Shown in pieces: positions 28,792-39,640 of a DNA stretch of 64,000 nucleotides (its first letter is position 1; every line of letters begins with the position of its first letter). Both the position numbers and the translations under genes were made by a program. A model generated the notes under the pieces. It was given only the letters and a program-made list of their open reading frames with translations, did not search any database and was not told the DNA's origin. The stretch lies in sequence record PV112478.1; one strand, 5' to 3'.

Positions 28792-30164
28792 TACGATAAC
28801 CCTCTTAAAGCGGCAGGGATCAACGCGTAAAGGATCGGTAAGTAATAGAACTGATTCAAGTCGTCCCAATTGCGTGCGTCGTTAAACAACGCCATAACGT
28901 CCTGTGCCGATACTTGTCCTTTTTCGATGGCCTGCCAAACTAACGTTTCGAGAACGGAAAGTTCCCCTGTCCGACGTCCGTAGAAGTCTTCACTAAAAAT
29001 GTAGTAATCGTCAATCGTAACGTCTTTGATCCCTTTGTTCCATCCCTGGGAATACGGAATGAGCACCCCTTCCGGGAAATACTGCTCAAGGGTATAACGT
29101 ACTTTTGGTCGGGTACGGTAGCCTTGTTTCAACGAAACTGCTTTCGGTTTCACCTCCCAACTGTTCCGATACCGGTCAGACCGATTAGGGAAACAAACAT
29201 ACGGGATACCCATGTACTGTGGGCCACGAAAGAACGGATCATTCAAAAAGAAGTTTGAGGCGACGGCAGGGATCTTCGTCTCGACGATATCCATCATGAT
29301 ATCTTCTTGATCTAATAGCGCATCGAATACGGTTTTGATCTCTCTGATGGTACCGTCCATCACGTTAAGGAAAGCCATCCCGTGAAACGAGCCGATATTT
29401 TCATGGGACCAGAGCGCCGCTACAAAGGTGGTCAGGAAAGGATCGTAAATGATATTCCGTCCTTGACCCGGTAAGGTCAGCGTGGCGTATTCCTTATCGT
29501 AGAACTTGCTGAGATGGAACATCGGGATCTTTTCTCGCCATTCCATCAGACTTTGGTAGTCGCCATGCGCAGAATCTGAAATAACGGGGTTAATCCCGGA
29601 ATCCAGGAAGCTGGGAATAAAGAAGTATTCTTCGACCGTTTTGTCAACGAGCTTCTTTGCGTAATCAGCGTTAAGGAAATCCCGCATGACGTATTCAATG
29701 CGGTACGTGGACTGCATGTAGATAGAGCGTTGCTCCGGTGGCGCTGACACCTGGAAAATCCCTACACGTCCGTCCAACAGGGTTGCCGTGAAAAGGTCTC
29801 CCACGTTTGGCCGTACGCCCGGGTACATGTTCGCTCCACCACGAACAGTGAATTCCTGGATTTCTGGTCGGAATTCTGGACTGACTTGAATAGGTTCTGT
29901 TACTTTCAGTTCAAGGTTATTGATCTTCTTGTACTGTTGGTTGATTTCAAGACGAGAAACCTGTAAGCCCGCTGGCGCGTTATCGCCGTTCAGAATTTGA
30001 CTGTACCACGTCACCGGCCAACGTTTCCCTTCTATCGTCGTCAGGATTGTTCCTACGGGCGTATAGGCGGTATCGATGGCAATATCCCGATACGGGGTTT
30101 TGTTCGCTTTAAACTGGGGAAGGGGCTGTGACGGTGCATCGTCTTCTTCGTTAAACAAGGACAT
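28791..30164 (-). CDS. Virion structural protein (neck / head-tail connector candidate)
   Basis: 457 aa; PNVGDLF motif resembles head-closure proteins; structural cluster. Confidence 0.5.
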   Translation of the reverse strand: MSLFNEEDDAPSQPLPQFKANKTPYRDIAIDTAYTPVGTILTTIEGKRWPVTWYSQILNGDNAPAGLQVSRLEINQQYKKINNLELKVTEPIQVSPEFRPEIQEFTVRGGANMYPGVRPNVGDLFTATLLDGRVGIFQVSAPPEQRSIYMQSTYRIEYVMRDFLNADYAKKLVDKTVEEYFFIPSFLDSGINPVISDSAHGDYQSLMEWREKIPMFHLSKFYDKEYATLTLPGQGRNIIYDPFLTTFVAALWSHENIGSFHGMAFLNVMDGTIREIKTVFDALLDQEDIMMDIVETKIPAVASNFFLNDPFFRGPQYMGIPYVCFPNRSDRYRNSWEVKPKAVSLKQGYRTRPKVRYTLEQYFPEGVLIPYSQGWNKGIKDVTIDDYYIFSEDFYGRRTGELSVLETLVWQAIEKGQVSAQDVMALFNDARNWDDLNQFYYLPILYALIPAALRGLS

Positions 30165-30175
30165 TTACCGTGCTC

Positions 30176-31717
30176 CTATTGAACTGTGAATAAAGTGTTG
30201 AGTTGAGTCGGGAGAAGAATGTACCGGTATTTTGGCGAGTAGAATCTTCTGGCGGTGACGGCCAAATTACGGGCGGCGTCAACGTAGTCCAGTTTCGATA
30301 CCAATCTCCCCGGTTTTGCCGTCGGGTAGCTATATTTCTTACCGTACTCTGGGTCAAGGCCATCAATGGCCATTTTAAGGTACTCAGGACGTTTTCTAAG
30401 AAGATCTACAGCAAAAGGCTGTAATGACATCAATTGTGTAAATAAACCGATTCTGACGTGATACAGGGACCTTAAATCAAGGTCTGTGTCTACCCAGATA
30501 GTCAGGTCTTCATCAATCGTTATTGAACGAGGATCTAAAGGGCGGTCGTTTTGATAGACAGCGACATGGACCCAACTACCCGTACGTTTGGTTAAATACG
30601 CACGAGTTTCCTTCATGTATTCGACCAGTAGCGGATCAAAAGACATCTTAGGGAGATCTGTGAGTGACAAAACCTTCTTCCGATTCGTGGTATCGACTTG
30701 AATCAGGAACTGGGTCAGGTTCGCGGTATCGGCAGCCACCTGTGTCGGCATCCAGTCGTCAAACGAAGGGACAATGTTCCCTCTGTTTAAATTCTTGTAG
30801 AAATACTGCTCCTGGAACAATTTGCGGTAACGCGTCGAACTGATTGACCCGCGACCCGTTAGAGGATCTGCGTCATACCACGAAGTTTGAGTCCGATGGG
30901 TTCTCGGAACAATTTGATTGTGGATAACTAACGGGTGTTTCATCATAAAGCCGATAGGGCGGTCAAAACCAAATCGATAACTGAACTCGATTTCGTACGC
31001 GGTACCGTCATCGACCTTATCTTCAATGGGTGGGGTATCAAACTCAAAGTTCCCTAAGATATCGAGCTGGGTCTCACGGAAAACGAACTGAGGTTTTTCA
31101 GCCCCTTGCGTAACCAGTACGGTGTTGTCAGCCAGTAGTCCTTGTTTGAACCACTCGCTAAAGCTGTCGCCGTAACCTTCGACTCTTTCTCGCATTTTGT
31201 AAAAGAGATCGAAGAAGTCAAACAGTGTGTACGGTAATACGTAATTAAAATCGGCGTAGAACGATTGATCGATAAAATGGTTACGCATTAACTTACGCAT
31301 TCTACTTTGCCAATTCTTGGCTTCGTTTTTATCTTTAGTTCGGTAAGTAAACGTCAGGCGTGCTTTAACCGGTTCACGGAAGGTGGTCAGGTACGTGTTG
31401 ATTTTGGGATCCGCCCAAACAATGTTGTTGTCCGGGTAATAGTACGCACTGGTTAGAATGTTATCTGGTTCTGGTTCTTCGCTGTAGGCGACCTTTACCT
31501 TCCCGTAGAACCCAAACTTTGCAGTATCGGTAGGATCCCATTCTTGTTGGTTGAGCGTGGTTCGCCAAGTGGGGATTCCTCGCTCATCGCCCGCGTATTC
31601 GATAAAGGTGTCTTCGGGCATACCGGTTACACCGATGATCGAGCGAGTGACCGCCATCACGATTGGGCGGGTAATCATGACGTCAACGTCAGGTAACTCA
31701 TATGTGAAACGTGGCAT
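30176..31717 (-). CDS. Virion structural protein (tail terminator / neck candidate)
   Basis: 513 aa, GGAAGA SD; adjacent to the neck-like gene. Confidence 0.5.
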   Translation of the reverse strand: MPRFTYELPDVDVMITRPIVMAVTRSIIGVTGMPEDTFIEYAGDERGIPTWRTTLNQQEWDPTDTAKFGFYGKVKVAYSEEPEPDNILTSAYYYPDNNIVWADPKINTYLTTFREPVKARLTFTYRTKDKNEAKNWQSRMRKLMRNHFIDQSFYADFNYVLPYTLFDFFDLFYKMRERVEGYGDSFSEWFKQGLLADNTVLVTQGAEKPQFVFRETQLDILGNFEFDTPPIEDKVDDGTAYEIEFSYRFGFDRPIGFMMKHPLVIHNQIVPRTHRTQTSWYDADPLTGRGSISSTRYRKLFQEQYFYKNLNRGNIVPSFDDWMPTQVAADTANLTQFLIQVDTTNRKKVLSLTDLPKMSFDPLLVEYMKETRAYLTKRTGSWVHVAVYQNDRPLDPRSITIDEDLTIWVDTDLDLRSLYHVRIGLFTQLMSLQPFAVDLLRKRPEYLKMAIDGLDPEYGKKYSYPTAKPGRLVSKLDYVDAARNLAVTARRFYSPKYRYILLPTQLNTLFTVQ

Positions 31718-31785
31718 TATTCTTCCCTCTGGGGCCCGAAAAAGTCATAGGAATGCAAGGCCAGAAGCCTTGCATTCCGGGTTTC

Positions 31786-32685
31786 TTAGAGGTAGATACG
31801 GCCTGGGACTTCTTTTCCTGGGAGATATTCTTCCCGACCAAACTCGGTGCCTTCCAGCGCGTTGTGGTCCTGTACTGCGGAACGAATCAGGTCCTCGAAA
31901 CGGGACGCTTGTGCCTCAGAGACTGCCAACAGACGACGTCCGTTATCGGCCGTGGTGAGAATACCGTTCTGATCGAGATACCCTTTTAGTGTCTCAGCGA
32001 ATGCAGTGGTCTGAAGACGATGTGCGATAGGGGAACGCAGCACAACTTCAATGATAGGGTTTCCGATCCGACAAACCAGAATCCCTAATTCCTGCATTTT
32101 CTCTTCGCGTTGAGCGGCGACAACAGGGCGACCGTTTTTTACTTCCACCGGCACACGAGGTGCGACTTCAGTCTCAGGAATGAAGAGAGGTTCTGCTGCC
32201 GGTGCTTCTTTTGGTGCCGGAACCACAGCGGTGTCCGCAGGGAAATCGTTACGAACGGAGATCAGGAATTGCTCGAAGATCTCAAACATCGCTCGAGAAC
32301 CTCTGATATAATTCAGGACATGATCGACAGAGTTCTGCGAATTGACTTGACAGGTAAATGAATCGATCCCGCCAACTTTGAACTGGTACGTATAAAGACC
32401 GTTATCTACGCTGGTGTTTCCTTCGAACTGGTCGTTCTTAATTCGAAGAAGACGAGGATCAGCTTTACTGACCAGGTCGAACAGTTTCTTGTACAGCGCC
32501 GACCCACTCACACCAAACTCAGTGGAGATACCTGACGGAGTAACGTTAAAGATGTTTTCCCCGGCTTTGTCGACGTTGACCAAATTACGGATAGTGTAAA
32601 TCCCCCTTTGGAATTCCTCGATGGTACCTTCGTAGGAAAACGATTGCTCAAAGGGAGCGGCGATAAAGTGAATAACAATAGACAT
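31786..32685 (-). CDS. Hypothetical protein
   Basis: 299 aa, AAGGA SD. Confidence 0.65.
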   Translation of the reverse strand: MSIVIHFIAAPFEQSFSYEGTIEEFQRGIYTIRNLVNVDKAGENIFNVTPSGISTEFGVSGSALYKKLFDLVSKADPRLLRIKNDQFEGNTSVDNGLYTYQFKVGGIDSFTCQVNSQNSVDHVLNYIRGSRAMFEIFEQFLISVRNDFPADTAVVPAPKEAPAAEPLFIPETEVAPRVPVEVKNGRPVVAAQREEKMQELGILVCRIGNPIIEVVLRSPIAHRLQTTAFAETLKGYLDQNGILTTADNGRRLLAVSEAQASRFEDLIRSAVQDHNALEGTEFGREEYLPGKEVPGRIYL

Positions 32686-32740
32686 AGTGTTTCCTTATTG
32701 AACGACGTGTCAAATTAAACTGATAAAAAGTCAAAAATAA

Positions 32741-32764
32741 CAGAAGGACCGTTAGGTCCTTCTG
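32741..32764 (-). terminator. Intrinsic terminator
   Basis: 10-bp stem CAGAAGGACC/GGTCCTTCTG then TTATTTTT on the - strand. Confidence 0.75.
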
Positions 32765-32765
32765 C

Positions 32766-33998
32766 TTATGCTTTTAATAGTGACTCTTTTGCAAGCTGTT
32801 GCAAGGTGCGGGAAACATCGAGCAGTAAACTCGACAGTTCTACAGCCGGCGTTTTGACCCAGCGACTATAAGCGATCGGATAATCGATCAGGGTACTTAG
32901 CCGAATGTTCCTCGGTTCCTGAAGACCGTCTAGTTTCCGGTACGCGTCTTTCGTGAATTGTTTCACGCGACGCTCTAACCCAGTGAAGTGTTGATCCTCG
33001 ATAAAACCGAGTACCGATAACCCAACCGACTTCACGTCGTCCATCAAATCGATTACCTCTTGCGGCTGGAAAGGCGTAAAGGCGATCTTTTCTTTATCGA
33101 TATAATCGGGGTCGGAGATCATGGTCACTTTCTGTCGTTGGAGTTCTTTTGCGAGTTCCAGCGTAGAGGCGGCCACAACATCCGTTCGGTCTACGGCTAA
33201 CGAAACACCCCCTAAGAGCGAGAGTGGCGTCTGGAGTTCACGTGGGAGTTTCTTCCAGAGTTCCTTAGCGAGTTCGTTCTGGTGCTCAATTGCGTTCAGT
33301 ACGTTCTCGTGGCCTTCATTGGTGATTTTTTCAACAGACTTTTCACCTTGGTCAGCAACGTCCTTACACCACCCTTTGAGAATATCCAATACGGTTTTTT
33401 GGAGGGTACTATACTGCTTACGGACAGCACCGAAATCCTTAACCGTATTATTGCCAACAGAAAGGTGACGGATTGTTTTACCGGAAACAATCGACAATTT
33501 CTTATTAGAGTAAGGTCGACCGATCTTCTCTTCCGCCATATTACGAATGGCGGTGGAGAGGTTAATCATACCGCGAATACGAATACGGTGGTGTTCCCAA
33601 TAGTCTGTGAGTTTCCCCCAGAGCGTATCGAGTAAAGCAGCAGCGGCTTTCAAGAGCTCCGAAAGCAATGAATTTAGTGACTCTAATGCAGGGTGACCCG
33701 ATAACGCCGATTCTGAAGAAGGCATCACGGCGGCGTACTGTGCACCGGTGCCTTCAGCAAGGGATTCAGTGAATGCGAGGATAATATCCATTTCTTCTTG
33801 GGTAATTTCCTCAGGGGCGATTTGTAATCGCCCCTTCTGTTCTTCCTGGGTCAAATAACGTTGACCCAGTTCTTCGCGTTCACGGATTTCGCTTATTTCA
33901 GAATCAATCTCATCAAGATCACGGCGAGCTTCAACACTGCCTTCGGCAGCGGTGATCTCCTCCTCAAGAGAAGGAGCGCTAAATTGATCTTGCATCAT
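32766..33998 (-). CDS. Internal head protein (phiKZ inner-body paralog family)
   Basis: Acidic propeptide with SLE/SVE/ALE sites, then a Trp-containing amphipathic helix (ALESLNSLLSELL..LWGKLTDYW). Confidence 0.7.
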   Translation of the reverse strand: MMQDQFSAPSLEEEITAAEGSVEARRDLDEIDSEISEIREREELGQRYLTQEEQKGRLQIAPEEITQEEMDIILAFTESLAEGTGAQYAAVMPSSESALSGHPALESLNSLLSELLKAAAALLDTLWGKLTDYWEHHRIRIRGMINLSTAIRNMAEEKIGRPYSNKKLSIVSGKTIRHLSVGNNTVKDFGAVRKQYSTLQKTVLDILKGWCKDVADQGEKSVEKITNEGHENVLNAIEHQNELAKELWKKLPRELQTPLSLLGGVSLAVDRTDVVAASTLELAKELQRQKVTMISDPDYIDKEKIAFTPFQPQEVIDLMDDVKSVGLSVLGFIEDQHFTGLERRVKQFTKDAYRKLDGLQEPRNIRLSTLIDYPIAYSRWVKTPAVELSSLLLDVSRTLQQLAKESLLKA

Positions 33999-34007
33999 AC
34001 CTCCCGA

Positions 34008-35267
34008 TTACGCTGGCGCGTTCAGACGCATCGAAGATGGGACCGCCTCTGGGGCAGTAGACTCAACAGAGGCAGAAATATACCGGAGCGAAGCCCTTAC
34101 TGTTTTAACAACGTAACGGTAGGTTTTAAAACGGTCGCCTTCGATCAGTTTCACCGAAGAACGCATTAAAGAACCCAGTCGAGAGATATTAATACTGGTT
34201 TGACTTTTCTTGTCTTCCAGAGTCTGAATAATAGCTTTAAACTGTTTTTCTACTTTATCGTAGCTACCTGAACTTTCGCGGCTGTTTTTTACGATATTGA
34301 GTAAATTTACCCCTTCGTCAATAATAATTTTTGCTTTGGCGGCGTTCAACGGTGCGCCGGAGAAAGTAATTCCACTTTGATATACTTTCACAAGGTTAGG
34401 TGAGAGCCCATCGAGCATTTTTATTAATGTATCAACAGCATTAACGAAAGAGTCGTCCATGCCCATAAAACCTTGACCGTTGATCTTTTTAACTAAAATA
34501 GAAGTCACTGCATAACCACCCGGTAATGGGAGGGATGCGACGTCTTGTACTTTTTCAAAGTTTCTACCGCCGAAGATAGCTTCGTTATGTGCGCGATTAG
34601 GGCCCGAAAATGTTTTTGATTCATTAGGTTGAGTCAGCACTCTCGAAATAGGTTCAGCGACTTTGGCGTAGCTCTGAATGACTGCGGCGGCTTCTTTCGA
34701 TTCCTGGCCCGTGAAATGATCCTCTGCGTTAATCCATTTTTCAGCGACCGCCATCGCGTTCTCGGCCAAGTCGGACAAACCATCGCGAACGTTAACCATC
34801 ATTTCAAGTACGCCGCGAAGATTTACAAACTTATTCGGGAAGTTTTCATCTAAAGAGCCCTGCACAGCTAACGCCCCTGTCACTGTTGGCAATAACGTAA
34901 TCTTTTCTGTTTTAAAGTTACGATGCTCTGACAGCAGACCTTTTGCGGCTTCAATTTCTTTTTCCGCCTGCTCTACGCCAATCAGATACGTTCTGGCCCA
35001 CTCTTTGAAATCACGGAAACGTTCCATGACCCATTCGATGAGGTTTTTGAGTGTTTCTTTGATTCTACTCGAAATTTTACCGAGTGTGCTATTTTTATCC
35101 CCATCGATTGTCACGGATTCACGGTCGGCTTCGACGGAAACCTCTGAGCGCTCACCCATGAAAATACCCAGAATTTTTTGGGCATCGGTAGGAATAACCT
35201 GACAGGATTCCAAAGAAGCCTTTACTTCGCTGTAAACCGCTAAGTCTTTTAAAAGTTGTTCGCTCAT
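34008..35267 (-). CDS. Internal head protein paralog
   Basis: SLE/SVE sites, then ISSRIKETLKNLIEWVMERF helix. Confidence 0.65.
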   Translation of the reverse strand: MSEQLLKDLAVYSEVKASLESCQVIPTDAQKILGIFMGERSEVSVEADRESVTIDGDKNSTLGKISSRIKETLKNLIEWVMERFRDFKEWARTYLIGVEQAEKEIEAAKGLLSEHRNFKTEKITLLPTVTGALAVQGSLDENFPNKFVNLRGVLEMMVNVRDGLSDLAENAMAVAEKWINAEDHFTGQESKEAAAVIQSYAKVAEPISRVLTQPNESKTFSGPNRAHNEAIFGGRNFEKVQDVASLPLPGGYAVTSILVKKINGQGFMGMDDSFVNAVDTLIKMLDGLSPNLVKVYQSGITFSGAPLNAAKAKIIIDEGVNLLNIVKNSRESSGSYDKVEKQFKAIIQTLEDKKSQTSINISRLGSLMRSSVKLIEGDRFKTYRYVVKTVRASLRYISASVESTAPEAVPSSMRLNAPA

Positions 35268-35284
35268 TTTTTCTACCTTAAGAA

Positions 35285-36724
35285 TTAATTTGGTTTCTGG
35301 CTATTTTCGTTTTCGTCTTGCTTCTCGCCTTCAAGGGAAGCTTTAGCGTATTTCAACGCAGCACGCGAAGTGGAGCCGAAGAAACTCACTAAGCTACTGG
35401 TCACTGAGGATGGCATACTTGCAACGGTAGAAACGATAGAACGTAACGCTGAGGAGATACTTCCGCCGCCTTCGCTGGTTTCGTTAATGTTCATGTTAGC
35501 GATGTTCTGACCAGCCTGATCAACGGCGCGATCGACTTGGGACTTCTTACTTCCCGAGTTCTTCAGTTTTAACATCGCGTTCGCTACCGCCAAGGCACCG
35601 TCTGCGATCTTCGCGGCGTCTGTCGGGGAACAGCGTGAGACTTCTTTGTCCTCAACCTGGTGGTTACGTGAATTCCAGAGTTTATTCTCTGCCGACAGAT
35701 CGACTACGATAACCTTGGAGAACTTATACGCCTTTTCCAGCGCTCTGATTCCTTCGATCGGATTTTCTGTCGGGTTAACGGTGACCACAACTGCCGCTAA
35801 TCGCGCATTACCTAAGAAAGGTTCGGACGCTTCAACGACGGCATTAACAGAATCGTCGCCTTTGAGTAACACTTCATTAGCGTCGCCCGGTAAACGAATG
35901 GTGAGTTCACCCGCAATCGCTTCGGACGGATGTTTTACGCTTTCGGCGAGCGTTTTAAACAATTGATTGAACGAAGCTTCGCCGCCCGGCTGGTAGCTAC
36001 CAATTGCGCTTGCTACCGCCTGTGCGTTGCTGTAGGTATCCTCGATGACATTGTTCAATACCATATCGGAGATACGACCCAGACGCATCATTTCATTCGG
36101 TACATTAGGCCAGTTGCCTTCAATGAGTAGTTTGCCTTTCTCCGAGAATTCAATCTCACCCGAGCCGGGCCTGGCGTGGGTGACTTCTTCTTTGAGTTGT
36201 TCAGCTAAACTCTTGAGCTGTTCAGCGCCGTTAAATGCGTTTTCAAGCCAGTGACCGAACCGACTGCGGGCTTCTTTCAAAAAGGCGGAGAATTTCTGCC
36301 ACCATTCACGAAGGACTTCTTTAATCCCTTCTAGCGCAACTTTTGATTCGTACAGCGAGATATGCGACGCAGACTCATTGGCAACAAAGGCACGGGCAGT
36401 TTGAATACCAATGCTGTTCGAGAAAATATTCAGAATCACAGCGGCTTCGGTAGAGAGAGATTGTCCTGCATTGATCTCTGGCGCGATGGCGTCATAAACC
36501 GCCTGATATTTATTCGTGGTCTCAGTCAAAGACGTCAAACCCATGATGTCGGCATCTACCGGATCAAGGGCGTTATCAATTTCGTCAGGTAGTTCGCTTT
36601 CATTGGAGTCGAAGCCAATAGGACGTTCGTCGAACGATTCGACGGATTGTTTTTCTGGTTCTACAACGGCGGACTCAATCGAGACCTGTGGACGTCGCGC
36701 GAGGACGTTTTTAATCTTGGTCAT
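35285..36724 (-). CDS. Internal head protein paralog
   Basis: Likely start ATG 36724 (AAAGGAA SD); SIE/SVE/STE/ANE/ALE sites; ALEGIKEVLREWWQKF helix. Confidence 0.7.
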   Translation of the reverse strand: MTKIKNVLARRPQVSIESAVVEPEKQSVESFDERPIGFDSNESELPDEIDNALDPVDADIMGLTSLTETTNKYQAVYDAIAPEINAGQSLSTEAAVILNIFSNSIGIQTARAFVANESASHISLYESKVALEGIKEVLREWWQKFSAFLKEARSRFGHWLENAFNGAEQLKSLAEQLKEEVTHARPGSGEIEFSEKGKLLIEGNWPNVPNEMMRLGRISDMVLNNVIEDTYSNAQAVASAIGSYQPGGEASFNQLFKTLAESVKHPSEAIAGELTIRLPGDANEVLLKGDDSVNAVVEASEPFLGNARLAAVVVTVNPTENPIEGIRALEKAYKFSKVIVVDLSAENKLWNSRNHQVEDKEVSRCSPTDAAKIADGALAVANAMLKLKNSGSKKSQVDRAVDQAGQNIANMNINETSEGGGSISSALRSIVSTVASMPSSVTSSLVSFFGSTSRAALKYAKASLEGEKQDENENSQKPN

Positions 36725-36769
36725 TTTAAGTATTCCTTTCCCGGGAGAAGGCGTGTTAGGAAGAAAAGT

Positions 36770-36814
36770 CATACAAACCTACCGTCCACCAGGGACGGTA
36801 GGTTTGGAAGTATG
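36770..36814. terminator. Hairpin flanked by TATG on both strands
   Basis: 14-bp stem CAAACCTACCGTCC/GGACGGTAGGTTTG; CATA at 36770-36773 and TATG at 36811-36814. Confidence 0.7.
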
Positions 36815-36823
36815 CATGTTTAA

Positions 36824-39082
36824 TTACGCAGCGGTTTTCGCTGAGGCTACAGCATAATTCAGTGCTGCATTCACAGTACGAATAGACAGAGAGACCGTAC
36901 TAGAACTGAACGCGTTCAAGAAACTCACGGTGTTTTGGAAATATGCGCGCAGCGCAGTGATTTCCTGTTTAACGTTTTCACCGGTGCCTTCAACGTTGTT
37001 CGACAGTTTCAGTAAACGATCGAGGTCGGGGAGCAGCGCACTCTCAGTTTTGCTGATATCGTCTGCCAGAGAAGAGTTTTTGATTTTCTTCAGAATCTCA
37101 ATAGCGCTCTCGGCAACGGCGTTGATATCAGCCGCAGAAAGCGCTGGCGCTTCTTTGACTTCACTACTTTCAGTGGCGACACGGAAAGCAGGTTCTTTCG
37201 CCCACTCGTGACCAGTGACGATGACAGTAAACACGTTGCCGCCTAACAGATTAGCGGTGTATTTAAACCCTTCGCCATCGACGTCAAACGGGCCGCGTTT
37301 AAGTACGTTGCTGTATTTCTCGTAAAGAGAGCTCAGGACTTCGCGTGTACCGCCATTACCGCTGTAGTCTTCACCGTTCATGACTTTATCAAGAACGTTC
37401 TGACGAACCGCTTTGTGGATTTCGTTAGACGCGTCAATGACAAACCCTACGGTATCGATCATGCCGGTTGATTTGTTTTTGAACTCATTGAACGCTTTAG
37501 CGAAGTTACCGTCAACTTTCCCGCCGGTAGTTAACTGAGAAAGAAACTCGCCTGAGACAGATCCGTTTGGTGTTTTACCCTGGTCGAGACTTTTCAGCGC
37601 TTCTGCTTTACGAATCAAAATGTCAGTGCGGCTAAAGGCGGAACGGATGAATTCTTTCCCTTTGGCCATTTTATCTTTGATGAACGCGATAATACGTTCG
37701 AACCACACTTTCATGTCTTCTTGAATTGACTCAACCGCTAAGCGAGTCTGGGTACGAGAAGTGAAGTTGTAGTTCTCCAGGGAGACATCAGACTGCAGCG
37801 GGTTACCGTCGCGTTTCATGAAGATGTTCAGAATCATCATGGCTTCAACAGAAACACCCTTACCGTCGAGGGATTTTTCCAGGACGTCAACCACCTGAGG
37901 ATAGGTGTCAAGGGCTTCGGTCAGGATACTTTCTTCATCTTCGGTGCCGGTGGTGAAATCTTCAATCACCAGGTCGCCGTCGTCGGATTCCGGTGACAGA
38001 TCAACGGGTTCTTCCGCAACCGCTTCGACAACACCTTCTGCCGGTGCTTCCGCTGCCGGGGTCTCTGCTTCCGGGGTCTCGGTGACGACTTCTTCGACTA
38101 CCGGGACTTCGCCTTCCACAACAGCAGCAACTTCTTCTGGGGTGTTTTCAGACGGCGCATCAACAACCTGCTCTTCCACAACCTCAGCACTTTCAGCGGA
38201 AACAATTTCGCCATCGTGCGTGTTTTCGCCTTTACCTTCGTCCACCACTTCACTTTCGCACGGCAGAGTTTCTTCACCCTGACCTTCTGCGGCAGGTTTT
38301 TCCTGGTCGACTTCGATATCGGATTCACCGGTGCCTTCGTCTACCGGTTTTTCCTGGACGGGTTTAACTTCTTCGCCTTTACCTTCGTCGACTGCAACCT
38401 GTTCAGACGGGAGATGCTGTTCACCCGCACCGGTACCGCCTTCATTCGGCGGATTAGTGCCGTCAGATTCACACGCGCAATCTTCAGAGGAAACTTCTTC
38501 CACAACTTCTTCGGTATCGCCAACCACTTCGTCACTTGAAGGGACTTCGCCTTCTGGGGTGACGTCAGCAACGTCAACTGGCACTTCTTCGGTTTCGGTC
38601 AGTTCTTCGGTGGCTTCTGGGGTGACATCGACTTCGTCGGTTTCCGCCGGTGCTTCCGCTTCGACTTCTTCTGCTTCCTCGATCACTTCTTCAGCAGTGG
38701 TGTCACCGCCTTCTGCGTTGTCGACTTCTGCAACAACTTCAGCAGCTGCTTCTGGGTCACCTGCGGCGATGGCTTCAACCTGATCAACTGTGGCTTCGCC
38801 TGAGTCAGTTACCGGAACCACCTGCGGGGGTTCGATCGGCTCAATACCGTCTACCGGGACATCAGTCGCTACTGGCTCTTCTACGGTGGTTTCTTCCACA
38901 ACTTCTTCGGCAGGGTCTTCGCTAACAACCGTTTCATCAACGGCGACGTCATCGGATACCGGAATATCTTCAGACGGCTGGGCATCGATAACTGCTTGAT
39001 CGACGACTTCTTCCGTGTTCTCATTCTCAAGCGCTGGGCTTGCTTTACGTGAAAGAACACGTTGAGTGTAAGATAATTTCAT
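36824..39082 (-). CDS. Internal head protein with very long acidic propeptide
   Basis: ~430 aa E/V/A/P-rich N-terminus; SLE and AVE sites near residues 437-451; AVESIQEDMKVWFERII helix. Confidence 0.75.
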   Translation of the reverse strand: MKLSYTQRVLSRKASPALENENTEEVVDQAVIDAQPSEDIPVSDDVAVDETVVSEDPAEEVVEETTVEEPVATDVPVDGIEPIEPPQVVPVTDSGEATVDQVEAIAAGDPEAAAEVVAEVDNAEGGDTTAEEVIEEAEEVEAEAPAETDEVDVTPEATEELTETEEVPVDVADVTPEGEVPSSDEVVGDTEEVVEEVSSEDCACESDGTNPPNEGGTGAGEQHLPSEQVAVDEGKGEEVKPVQEKPVDEGTGESDIEVDQEKPAAEGQGEETLPCESEVVDEGKGENTHDGEIVSAESAEVVEEQVVDAPSENTPEEVAAVVEGEVPVVEEVVTETPEAETPAAEAPAEGVVEAVAEEPVDLSPESDDGDLVIEDFTTGTEDEESILTEALDTYPQVVDVLEKSLDGKGVSVEAMMILNIFMKRDGNPLQSDVSLENYNFTSRTQTRLAVESIQEDMKVWFERIIAFIKDKMAKGKEFIRSAFSRTDILIRKAEALKSLDQGKTPNGSVSGEFLSQLTTGGKVDGNFAKAFNEFKNKSTGMIDTVGFVIDASNEIHKAVRQNVLDKVMNGEDYSGNGGTREVLSSLYEKYSNVLKRGPFDVDGEGFKYTANLLGGNVFTVIVTGHEWAKEPAFRVATESSEVKEAPALSAADINAVAESAIEILKKIKNSSLADDISKTESALLPDLDRLLKLSNNVEGTGENVKQEITALRAYFQNTVSFLNAFSSSTVSLSIRTVNAALNYAVASAKTAA

Positions 39083-39107
39083 TTACAAATTCTCCTGGAG
39101 AGGGGGT

Positions 39108-39635
39108 TTACCGGCTACTACCGGCGACGTGACTTATTTCGCCGAAGATGACGTTGACGGTCGCCAAGAGGTCTTCAAAGCCGTTATCGTGCTTCAACCA
39201 ATGATACATATAATCTTTGCCGTCGATATTCAACATCATTTTAAGTTTTGGTGTTGAACGACCACGGCGGTATTTTGGATTGTTCGGTAACTCTCGTTCT
39301 GCTTGTAGGCAGTAAGCGCGAGAGACGATTGCCATCCGGCGACGACCTGTATTAATAAAGGAAAGTGTATCCTCTAAAAAGGCGCGCATATGAGGCGTGA
39401 GTTTTGGGTTTTCTTCTTGCGCCTGTAACCACTCAGGGAAGAAACGGAACAGATCCATCGCCCGGTTAATAACCTTACGGCGAAATTCCCAGGAATTGGC
39501 GTCACCTTTCGGGTCAGTCGTCAACTTTTCCCATGCGGCAGTAATCAGGTCATCCGGCTCCGGTTCGGTTTTACCCCCCTCATAGAGGGGGGAGCGGAAG
39601 CCAATCGGACTGAATTGGTAAGACTGAATGTTCAT
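39108..39635 (-). CDS. Head-associated hypothetical protein
   Basis: Likely start ATG 39635 (MNIQ), 5 nt after the upstream stop. Confidence 0.6.
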   Translation of the reverse strand: MNIQSYQFSPIGFRSPLYEGGKTEPEPDDLITAAWEKLTTDPKGDANSWEFRRKVINRAMDLFRFFPEWLQAQEENPKLTPHMRAFLEDTLSFINTGRRRMAIVSRAYCLQAERELPNNPKYRRGRSTPKLKMMLNIDGKDYMYHWLKHDNGFEDLLATVNVIFGEISHVAGSSR

Positions 39636-39640
39636 CGTAC

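Noticed and set aside
36725-36772. ORF-track start MTFLP for the 495-aa head protein
   Set aside because: That ATG abuts a terminator hairpin with no SD; ATG 36724 has AAAGGAA upstream. Similar over-extended starts were trimmed at 2254, 28869, 39665 and 54210.
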